A stretch of 64,000 nucleotides of DNA from Octopus vulgaris (lineage: Eukaryota), in assembly GCA_951406725.2 (NCBI GenBank), contig OX597817.1, positions 154,318,001 to 154,382,000 on the forward strand, given 5' to 3'. Positions 53,480 through 64,000 of this stretch are shown in pieces. Numbering within the stretch: the first letter of the stretch is position 1; the number at the start of each line of letters is the position of its first letter. The position numbers and the translations under genes are program-made. A model generated the notes under the pieces. That model was not told the DNA's origin and made no database searches. It was given only the letters and a program-made list of their open reading frames with translations.

Positions 53480-54720
53480 CAACTTTTTCACAAAGTGGGG
53501 GTTAGGAAATGTGGGGCTCCTGTATGTCTGTAGCTATAGTATCAGTCTCTGGTGGGGTAGGATGAGTGTTGATGTCTGCAGGGGAGAGTGGGGCAGAGTG
53601 GGGCAGAGTGGGGATCGGATGGGGGTTAACATCAATACCCTGAGTTCTTTTCTTTTTTCTCGTTTTCCGGCTTACCGTCTTCTATTCTTCTGTTTCCTCT
53701 TCCTCCATTTGTGCCTCCTTGCTATCCTCCTTACCGGGCTCCTCCACACTCCCTCCTGTACCACTTATCATTGCAGGAGGCAGAAGTGCGATTTCCCTTT
53801 GGGCCTGCAGTACTGTTGGTGTCTTTGCGGTCGGTAGAGGGCACACCGCTCTTATGTGGCTTTTCTGGCCACGTTTATAGCAGCGGGGCTTCCTACCTTC
53901 CACTATAACTCTCAATACCACCTCGTCTCCCACCGTTATGGTGTCGACCATTCTTTCCAGGTCCCCTGGTGCAGCCTGGATGATCATCTCCAGGGTCTGC
54001 TCTAGCCAATTCTTCAGCGGCGTTCTCGTTGCCTGGAGAACCTCAATCTTCTTCTTTACACCCAACAGTATTGATGCCACCGAGGGAATCTCACCCTGGA
54101 AGCACGTCTTCCAAGGTAAGTAGGCAGAAGTTTTACCTCGTCCGTTTTCAGGGAGCCTACCGAATGTTACCTGGCCTTCTCCTCAGATGCAAATCGCACA
54201 TCCACAGTTGCTTATTTCCCCCTATGGCAAGGTAGGTTACATCCTACCAGATGGGTTTCAATGCTTTCTCAGTTTGTAGTTTTGTCACTATCTCCATTGT
54301 CTTTGCATCCAGACTATAGGTTCTATATATTATTGTCTTTTTTGTGTATCCTTTGTAACTTCACTAGGTGGGTCTGCTTTTATTTCGTGCTCCTCCCTTC
54401 GCAGGATTGCCCTGTACTTGTTCAACCCCTCCTTCTTTATACAAATCTCTCCTCCTGTTTCACCAGCCGCAGCTGCAAAATTTATTTTTTCCACCTTCAT
54501 TTTTCCCTCTTCTGGTCTACAATATTGAAAACTTCTCAGTAATTCTTCTTCAGACGTCATGACGTCTGAAGAATTCAAATCTTTATACATCATGAAGACA
54601 CAAGTAATGCGTTAACAAAACTGCCGAAAGGCAACAAAAACAAACAATTAACAACAAACACAATTCAACAATCCTTCACTAACCTCTCGAACGACGCACA
54701 AACAAAATTTATGACCAACT
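53480..54720 (-). mobile_element. Non-LTR retrotransposon ORF1 (gag-like) pseudogene
   Basis: Broken ORFs 54330-54593 and 53682-54080 with degenerate zinc knuckle VEGRKPRCYKRGQKSHIRAVCP. Confidence 0.65.
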
Positions 54721-55005
54721 CGGTCACAGAAGATTGTAATAACGGTGGGAAAAAATATCAATGTTAATTTATTGATGCATTTGGGCAAGTCTATGTCTGT
54801 ATTATCAGACAATTGCAAAAACATGTTTTAAAAATTCAAAGCTCTGCAAAAATTCTTCATGGTTCAAAACGTTGCTAATTTTTTACTCGACCATATATAT
54901 ATATATATATATGAAAATATAAATATTATTAAAATAATATTATTAACCAGCGAAAATAGAGCACCGGGAAGGTAAAATTATAAACATATAAAGCAGGGGT
55001 ACACA

Positions 55006-55220
55006 AAGTACGATCATTGCTTGAAATAGCAGCCAGTAAGCGCTCGGCGCTATGTGGAATTTCACTGAATATTTACAAGCAGAGATGTGTGCGGATGGTG
55101 AATACAGAAAAATTTTGTCTATATTCTCCGCCCGCACACGTTTTCGCCTGTAAATATTCAGTGAAGCTCTACATAGCACCGAACGCTTACCGACTCCTAT
55201 TTCTAGCAACGATCGTACTT
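55006..55220. repeat. Imperfect 215-bp palindrome, MITE-like
   Basis: aagtacgatc...gatcgtactt; arms pair along their length with about 20 substitutions. Confidence 0.85.
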
Positions 55221-55286
55221 CATGTAGACAGACAGACAGACAGACAGACAGGCAGGCAGGCAGATAGACAGACAGACAGACAGACC

Positions 55287-55367
<81 letters not shown>

Positions 55368-55518
55368 AGTTTAAACGTTTAATTTAAACGCCCTATTTCA
55401 GATCCCTGATTCTCGAACGAAAATTGTGGCATGAAATAGAAAACTATTAATGGGAATATTCAACCTGAAGAAAAAAACAAAACAGCAATAAAATCTTTGA
55501 ATTGATGCAAAGTATATA

Positions 55519-55649
55519 CAGGGTGTCCCAAAAAAATGTATACACACCTTAAATAATTGTAAATTTGTTATTCTTTGTAAGCCTAGTACTTATTCTATCG
55601 TTCTCTTTTGCCGAACCACTATGTGTATACATTTTTGGGGGACACCCTG
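55519..55649. mobile_element. Tc1/mariner-type MITE with captured SINE fragment
   Basis: TA-flanked TIRs cagggtgtcccaaaaaaatgtatacaca / tgtgtatacatttttgggggacaccctg. Confidence 0.85.
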
Positions 55650-56361
55650 TATATATTTAATATTAAGGGGTATAAAATAAATAGATAAATTATACTAGCT
55701 ATCCTAAAGCTAATTCAACTGTTAGAAAATATTAAAGGAAGAAATATATGATATGAGAGACAAGAACAAGTTGATGTCGAAGAGCAAGTCACAGAGGAAA
55801 AGCACTCTTCCAAGTTTAAAGACTTTCAAACAGTAATTGTGGAGCATAAACGAATGAAATAGGATTATAGTAAATAGGATGGAAGAAAGACAGAAAGAAG
55901 CTGAAAAATATTACTGTATTTAATCACTCCCTGGATATTATTCATTCTTAAAATAGGTTAAAGGTTGTAAAGCATAGAAGGAAGGGAGAATCAAATGACA
56001 CCAATATCTTACAAGTGAAGCGTCCATTTTTCGTCATTAACTATCTCATTCCCTACTCTCTACTCTCTACATCTTAATTTCACAATTTTGGTGTCGATAA
56101 CGAGTAAAATAATACTGGTTCTTTATTTCGAACCGACCTAGTTCTCATAAATTCTATTCACGCATGAAAAGCCTCATGCATATAAGGGGCACATTCTAAC
56201 CCCATTTCGTATTTGACAGAGCAACTGCTGGTGAAATTAAAAACTCTCTACCTGTATAATTATCAAAAATATGCAAGGCAGAGAAGGATGGGAGAAAGAG
56301 TCAAATGACACCAAATATCATACATAACATATATAACGTGAATGTACATTATGTATATATG

Positions 56362-56578
56362 CGTCTTCTATTTTTTAATTATTATGAATCTTCCACTGAG
56401 GAAGGAGCCGGTTTCCAACAAAGATATAAGGCTCCATCTTTGAATGTAGTTAACAAACAAATTCACATTTAGTACTTGAGAAAAGTCTTGCATATTTTTA
56501 CTGTTCCACTCACAGATTGTACTTGTACAAATCAGCCGATCGATTTCTCTTTCTGAAAATCCCAGTTCATCCAGATAT
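56362..56578 (-). mobile_element. Second short 3' copy of the R4/Dong-like element at 47551
   Basis: Colinear with 47551-47775. Confidence 0.85.
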
Positions 56579-56689
56579 TCCTCTGGAATAATTGAATTAT
56601 ATTACAAAGAATATGACCCTAAAACACTGGCTATTGATATTAAGGATTTCATATTGAGATTAATGTAGTATGAATTGCATAGCTTCTTA

Positions 56690-58260
56690 GCATTCTGAAG
56701 CTGGCATCCATTTTACTTTCCTTGCAAACATCAGCTTCCCTAGTGAGCTACCTGTTGGTGTATTCGGATTTGGTGTTACGCGGTACACTCTTAAGAATTG
56801 TTATAGAGCTACCTCATCCGTGACTTCCTTATTTGACTTTCTTGGGGCTCTCTTGAAGGTATTGATAAAGCGTTCTGCCTATCCATTATATCTGGGTTGG
56901 TATGGCGCTGTATTTATATGTTCTACCGCTAACGTTTCACAATTTTTTTTAATTCGCTAGGCACAAACTGCGTTCTATTTTCAGACACTATCTTGTCTAG
57001 AATGATAAATCTTGCAAACAATTCGTGTAAAAAATTTATCACAGTTTTTTTACGCTTACAAATTTCTGGCCATTTCGAGAAACTATCAACTACCACTAAG
57101 TAGTAAGACCAATTTAAAGGACCAGCGAAATCGATGTATAATCTCGACACCACGGAACATCTACTTTTGAACAATGTTTACCTGTTATCGTGGGCAATTT
57201 TTCATTTCGTTTTGGCTTACATACCGGTTTCCACTTTGTTTTACTGCAATTTTTTTTCAGTCCCTCAGTCGCATTCGGATCTTCGACTATATTTCCATTC
57301 AAAACACTTAAGGGCGTATTCCACAACTCGAATAGATCCATCCACTCTGTGCCGAATAAATCAAGAGAACTTTTTAACACGTATATCTTTGCCTTTTTCG
57401 TTTGACCTCGAAATGTTACATTACATACGAATTCACCGAAAAGATATATATTTTTCCCGTAACACCATGTGCTACCTTTTTGATTTATTTAATTTCGGCT
57501 AACCGACTTATTTCCAATTTTTTTCATATATAATGGTGATATCACTATCAGCGTCCAACTGCATTTTAACACCTGTATTTCTGATTTTTACCTTCACGAA
57601 CTTCCTCGTTGTTATATTACCAGTTTTTCCGATGGCTTACTCTCTCTCTCTTTTACTCTTTTACTTGTTTCAGTCATTTGACTGCGGCCATGCTGGAGCA
57701 CCGCCTTTAGTCGAGCAACTCGACCCCGGGACTTATTCTTTGTAAGCCCAGTACTTACTCTATCGGTCTCTTTTGCCAAACCGCTAAGTGACGGGGACGT
57801 AAACACACCAGCATCGGTTGTCAAGCAATGCTAGGGGGACAAACACAGACACACAGACACACACACATACATATATATATATACATATATATATGACAGT
57901 CTTCTTTCAGTTTCCATCTACCAAATCCACTCACAAGGCTTTGGTTGGCCCGAGGCTATAGTAGAAGACACTTGCCCAAGGTGCCATGCAGTGGGACTGA
58001 ACCCGGAACCATGTGGTTGGTTAACAAGCTACTTACCACACAGCCACTCCTGCGCCTATTTATTCTATTTTCCTTTGTTCTGATGTTTTGTCCTCTTCGT
58101 TCTACAGAGTATCTTTATATGTACTATATTTCCATAACGAAAGCATTCAGCTTTATTTTTAAATGGACAATTTTTCCTCGGGTGTATACCTCCATATGCA
58201 AAACATGGGTACATTTCTTGATTTTTGTCGTGGTTTAAATGAAGATAAAAATTATCCAAT
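56690..58260 (-). mobile_element. Gypsy LTR retrotransposon relic (gag knuckle, protease, integrase; RT/RNase H absent)
   Basis: CFAYGGIHPRKNCPF; MQLDADSDITII; SRLYIDFAGP..YLVVVDSFSKWPEI; TAPYQP..NG.AERFINTFKR. Confidence 0.85.
57640..58057 (-). mobile_element. SINE family B inside the Gypsy relic
   Basis: Full copy. Confidence 0.95.
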
Positions 58261-58797
58261 ACAGTTCTTGAAAGACGACTACTTGCAATATCTCATATAC
58301 AAAACCGTTCAATATCATTCATACCACTAGAATCAATTCGGTCGAAATCGTGTGTAAACTTATAAAAATGAAAAAACTTCCGTTTAATGCAGCATGTATA
58401 GAAAAAGTAAAGGGGAGTAGGTCACATGTTTAAGTACATGGACTTATAGACTTCATTTCAATGACTGAGATCTTTTAAAAATTCCCTAAGATTCACTAAC
58501 TTGACTCACCAGAACCGGTGTTAAGGACAAATCTGTTAAGGACAAATCTGGTAAGGTCCCGACACTGAACGCATGCTAGTGATGTACATTTTAAAGAATA
58601 TTTTAAGACTTAAAAATTATAAATTTTTTCATATAAATTTGAGCCAGGAGCCGGATTAAACATTGCCACGGACTAAACATTGACATCCCTGGTATAAACA
58701 ATATCATTAGCAATAGCAGCAGCGAATCAGAAATAGTTGGTAAAGAACAATTTGCAAAGTGTATGTTATTAACGTAATTGTCAATATATTTTTAGTA

Positions 58798-59179
58798 TAC
58801 TCTTTACTTGTTTCAGTCATTTGACTGCGGCCATGCTGGAGCACCGCCTTTAGTCGAGCAAATCGACCCCGGGACTTATTCTTTGTAAGCCCAGTACTTA
58901 TTCTATCGGTCTCTTTTTGCCGAACCGCTAAGTGACGGGGACGTAAACACACCAGCATTGGTTGTCAAGCAATGCTAGGGGGACAAACACAAACACACAC
59001 GCATACATATATATATACATATATACGACAGGCTTCTTTCAGTTTCCGTCTACCAAATCCACTCACAAAGCATTGGTCGGCCCGGGGCTATAGCAGAAGA
59101 CACTTGCCCAAGATGCCACGCAGTAGGACTGAACCCGGAACCATGTGGTTGGTTAGCAAGCTACTTACCACACAGCCAC
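58798..59179 (-). mobile_element. SINE family B
   Basis: Near-consensus copy. Confidence 0.95.
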
Positions 59180-59592
59180 AAGCGATAAGAATTTGAAGTG
59201 TCATTTTATGAGTGATCAACCTAATCTACTTGACACAGTTGTTGTCCTGGAAATTGAAAAGAATAGAAATATAAAATTCTTTAATAAAATGATGAAGTTG
59301 AATGATTTCATATTGATTTTAGTCGCGCCTCTGCAAAAAAAAACTATCAAGTATCGTCTCTATTTATAGCATAACGCTTACCTTTGGCACAATTTGTGGT
59401 AGTTTTTTTTTATCACTGCTACTGCTGCAATGATGACTGCTACTTCTATTACTACTATTACTACTACCACTGGTGCTACTTTTACTACTACGACTATTAT
59501 TACAGCTACAACTACCACTTCTATGCAACTATTATTACTTTTACTATTACTATTACTTTTACTGCAACTACGATAATAGTAATAAGAAGAAG

Positions 59593-59743
59593 AAAATTGC
59601 ACTACTAGGCACTGCACACATCCTACGCAGAACACTTTCCATACAATAACCATCAGAGCATCACAACAAATCACAGCACATACCCAAGGCACACAGAGCT
59701 GTGCTCGGTAGTGAAGTGAAAGCACGATATAAAAAATATACTA

Positions 59744-59746
<3 letters not shown>
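59593..59746 (+). mobile_element. Dong/R4-like LINE extreme 3' end in (TAA)n
   Basis: KIALLGTAHILRRTLSIQ*, short UTR, then (TAA)n. Confidence 0.8.
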
Positions 59747-59814
<68 letters not shown>

Positions 59815-59816
<2 letters not shown>

Positions 59817-60358
59817 CCCTGATGCAGTACCAGGCAGTGGCTCTCATGGCTTCTGATCTTAACTGATTGGAAGTATTATCATGTACGTTGTTATGTCTTG
59901 GTATAAAAGATGGGCTACAGCAAATATTCTGCTCAATACCACAGATTTGCTTCTCAGTTGTTTGACCTTAACCAGTTCAGCATGTCCCTTAGTGGCTGAC
60001 GATATGTGCATCTCTGATGATGAACAGAAGTAATGGGGGAACATCATAGCCGTGTGTTGAGAGGGATTCTTTGGGGTTTGAATAATTCACCTCTGGAAAC
60101 ATGGGTGTTTCGTTCAACATCTTTAAACAACCCTTATTCAGGGACCTTTTGAGCGGCAGGGCTACTCAACCTGAAGAAAATTCTAACTGGGCCCCATCTG
60201 CAAGGTCATGTGCTGTTTATATTCATATGAGATCACCATGTCGCGCACATATGGTTATGATGCATGTGCCTAGTCAGACAGGTAGTCACGATGGGTATAC
60301 TGGGCTTCGTATATTTTACCCCAGTGTCACTTTGATGGCATGCACTGCTCTCTCACTC
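59815..60358. mobile_element. 544-bp non-coding element flanked on both sides by (TAA)n
   Basis: Sharp boundaries with pure (TAA)n at 59747-59814 and 60359-60416. Confidence 0.6.
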
Positions 60359-60416
<58 letters not shown>

Positions 60417-61307
60417 GCGGTGATGATGACGAGGATGACGACGACAATGACGATCACAATGAAAATGGTGCTCTCTTTTATTCAATAAAACAAGGTCGAA
60501 TAAAGAAGTTCACCCCTTTGTAAATATATTGATTTGTTTTGTTTCCCTTTGCATGATAAAGGAGATGTATTAAATTAATTATTTAATATGCTTGTTTACA
60601 TTTATTCCAATGCAAAAACCAAATATTTATTTTAAAAAGTACATATATATATAGAAAACAAATATCAAACGAGAAAAGGAAAACTATTTTTAAACATTTT
60701 ATTAAATACTTCAACTATAGTACGTCACAGGAGTAACAGATAATATCGCTGCCATCATTAAATTAAAAAAATATGATTATACCAAAAAATATTGAATTTA
60801 ATATTTCATAGTATCACATTAATATTTGATCTGGCAGGCTGGAGGTTTTTGTCAAAATATTCGTGATAAAAACCAAGAAAAAATTCAAAAGGGTTGTCGG
60901 TTATCAAGTATTTTTTTCACAGCGATAATAACATTAACGAGAAGTTTATTCATATAAAAACAGTTTTAAAAGGTACATTGACCTAATTCATTTTTATAAT
61001 GAAGCTAGTGTAAATATATCAATATATATAAGCAAAACACTGCTAGCCTTTAGTTTACTTTATCTATCAGACCTCTCTGAAGTAACACATACCTCACATC
61101 ATCAGTTACACTAAACACCTCTCCGAAGCAATGAACTAGAAGTAACTCATACCTAACTCCGCCTCTTATATCAGCCTTTTATCTGAATTACTGAAGTACA
61201 ATTAACACGTACATCACACCAGCCCTTATACCAACCACTTCTCTGAAGGAAAGAAAGAAAAAGAATCAGAGAAAGAGAGTTGTTTTCTGGCCAAGAGAGT
61301 ATCATCA

Positions 61308-61550
61308 TGGTCTGGTCTAGTCAGGTCTAATACCATCTAGTTTGGTGTAGTGTGGTGTGGTCTGGTGTGGTCTGGTCTGGTCTAGTCTGGGCTTATCTGG
61401 TCTGATTTATTATAGTCTGGTTTGCTCGGTTCTGGTCTGGTCTGGTTTGGCTTTGGTCTGGTCTAGTTTGGTTTGATCTGATCTAGTCTGGTTTGGTCTG
61501 TTTTTTCCCGGTCTGGTCTGGTCTGGTTGGAGCTGGTTTGATCTGATCTA
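61308..61550. repeat. Degenerate (TCTGG)n pentamer repeat
   Basis: Direct inspection. Confidence 0.9.
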
Positions 61551-61915
61551 CTCAGCCTGCTGCATCGCTGTCCAAAAATACCTCCTCTACGTACGATGGT
61601 GTCATTGTATATTGGCTGGTCTTGTTATTCAACAAAAGAGTTCTTCATGATCGTTCGACCTGCTCGAAATGGCACCGAAATGTACTTCAGATCACATCCT
61701 GCTGTCTTCAATAGAGAATAGATAGGAAAATGTAATTCCTGCCAAGATATACAAAGACTGAACGGTCGCGCTTTGAACAGTGTCCATTACTTTCTAATTT
61801 TAATGTTAAGGTTCAAATATTTCACTTTAAGAAGAAACTAATCTGTATAGAATTCTACTCGTCAACTGAAACAGTTTGTTCGTGGGTTCGATTCCATCCT
61901 CATCATACTTATTTA

Positions 61916-62178
61916 ATAATAATATAATAATTGCGCCCTTTAAAGCCTAGCCAGGTTCATGTGCCCGGTTTCTCGGTTTCAATGGCGTATGTGTTCCCCA
62001 GCTGGACGGGACGACAGTCCATCGCAGCCTTACTCATTTTTGCCAGCTGAGTGGACTGGAGTAACGTGAAATGAAGTGTTTTGCTCAAGAACACAACGCG
62101 TCGCCCGGTCCAGGAATCGAAACCACAATCTTACGATCATGATGCTGACACCCTAACCACTAAGCCATGCGCCTCCAC
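61916..62178 (-). mobile_element. tRNA-derived CORE-like SINE
   Basis: A/B boxes; TSD catcatacttattta at 61901-61915 and 62179-62193. Confidence 0.9.
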
Positions 62179-62745
62179 CATCATACTTATTTACTTCTAC
62201 TTTTTTCGAAATATCTCTATCTTATTCCAAAATAAACAAACCAACACCTCTATGACACTGACTGTTGCACCTAAAACCTATCCTAAAAATGAGTAAGGCT
62301 GCGATGGACTGTCGTCCCGTCCAGCTGGGGAACACATACGCCATTGAAACCGAGAAACCGGGCCCATGAACCTGGCTAGGCTTTAAAGGGCGCAATTATT
62401 ATATTATTATTAAATAAGTATGATGAGGATGGAATCGAACCCACGAGCAAACTGTTTCAGTTGACGAGTAGAATTCCATACAGATTAGTTTCTTCTTAAA
62501 GTGAAATATTTAAACCTTAACATTAAAATTAGAAAGTAATGGACACTGTTCAAAGCGCGACCGTTCAGTCTTTGTATATCTTGGTAGGAATTACATTTTC
62601 CTATCTATTCTCTATTGAAGACAGCAGGATGTGATCTGAAGTACATTTCGGTGCCATTTCGAGCAGGTCGAACGATCATGAAGAACTCTTTTGTTGAATA
62701 ACAAGACCAGCCAATATACAATGACAATATACAATATACAATGAA

Positions 62746-62963
62746 AGGCGGCGAGCTGGCAGAAAGGTTAGCACGCCGGGCGAAATGCGTAGCCGTATTT
62801 CGTCTGCCGTTACGTTCTGAGATCAAATTCCGCCGAGGTCGACTTTGCCTTTCATCCTTTGGGGGTCGATAAATTAAGTACCAGTTACGCCCTGGGGTCG
62901 ATGTAATCGACATAATCCGTTTGTCCTCTCTGTGTTTAGCCCCTTGTGGGCAGTAGTGAAATA
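62746..62963 (+). mobile_element. SINE family C
   Basis: TSD aatatacaatga. Confidence 0.9.
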
Positions 62964-63467
62964 AATATACAATGACAACATCGTACGTAGAGAAGGTATT
63001 TTTGGACAGCAATGCAGCATTCATTCTCCACTGCTCTCTCTCACTCTCTCTCTCTCTCTCTCTCTCTCTATCAGTTTTCTTATGCACAACTCCCTCCACT
63101 CACTCCCATCTCTATTAGCAACGATCTCATGCTATCAACTATAAGTATCAGAAAACCTAATAGCATTTAACACCAAAATCGCAACTGCTTCTATCACTGT
63201 TGTTCCACTACAAATCTGCAAAGGAACACTAGTAATTAAAACATTTCATACAAGGTATACACGTCTCTACTTATCCTGCTGTCAGCGTGGATGCAAAACA
63301 TTTAAACTAAAAATATATTGAGCAATTACATACCCTATACAAAACATTTCATTTGTAGCTATGACTTGTTAAATAACCTTGGGTCATCAGTTTATTATTC
63401 GTCATTAAATGTAAAATTTTTATAAGCCTTACATGTAATTCGTAATATGATTCTTAATTGTTAAAAC

Positions 63468-63680
63468 CGGCGAGCTGGCAGAATCATTAGAGCGTCGGAG
63501 AAAATGCTTTACAGTATTTCTTCCGATTCTTTGTTCTGAGTTCAAATCCTGTCAGGACTAACTTTGTCTTTCATCCTTTCAGGGTCGATAAAATAAAGTA
63601 CCTGTCAAATAGTACGATCAATGGTATCGACTTAACCCTCTTCTCAACAATTCTTCCTTCGCACCTAAATTAAAAACTAT
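63468..63680 (+). mobile_element. SINE family C, diverged
   Basis: ggcgagctggcagaatc head plus Nin-like domain. Confidence 0.75.
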
Positions 63681-64000
63681 TTTTAGTTGTTGACGTTGTT
63701 AGATGATTTGATCTTGGCAATGTAAATACCTCAAATTTTAATTGTTCTTCGATTGCTTCAACCAATAATGCACTTTCTTTTCTGCTGTCAGATAGGTGTG
63801 GATATTAAATTTTAAGTGTCTTGCCAATGACGCATCATAGTTTCATTAACAGAATACAAATCAACGACACTTCAAATTAGAGTTCGATAACTAATTATTA
63901 TGGACATTGCGACTACTTCATATTATTGATGCTTTCATACCTCTATTTTAGGACTTAATGTTTCTTAATTCAGAAATCACTTGGGTTAATTTTTCCTTTG

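Larger units (their letters stand above)
61559..63018. repeat. ~480-bp inverted duplication
   Basis: 61559-62041 mirrors 62286-63018 once the SINE at 62746-62963 is removed. Confidence 0.93.

Noticed and set aside
59378-59725. Hydrophobic Val/Ile-rich ORF as a membrane protein
   Set aside because: Derived from degenerate (CTA/TTA)n repeats and the antisense of a LINE 3' end

Overview
AT-rich, repeat-dense eukaryotic DNA. The tRNA-derived SINE families and long (TA)n/(CA)n/(TACA)n/(TAA)n tracts suggest an octopus-type cephalopod genome, which is an inference. No intact host CDS is recognisable, and nearly all ORFs in the track come from microsatellites or SINEs. The window holds more than 35 SINE copies from at least four families. 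It also holds a Helitron PIF1-helicase remnant with two non-autonomous partners, Tc1/maT DNA transposon relics, CR1, RTE and R4/Dong LINE fragments, a deleted Gypsy element, and several Penelope-like (Naiad-type, GIY-YIG) relics. The main unexplained structure is a set of short elements embedded in (TA)n that form near-perfect fold-backs. Several carry type-I hammerhead ribozymes: one has a G3:C8 compensated core, and in another the 133-bp inverted repeat is itself ribozyme stem I. A further fold-back lacks a hammerhead but shares a candidate structured motif with a second locus. Two possible non-coding first exons of a + strand host gene lie at about 14-15.4 kb. All calls were made by eye and boundaries are approximate unless a TSD or terminus is quoted.
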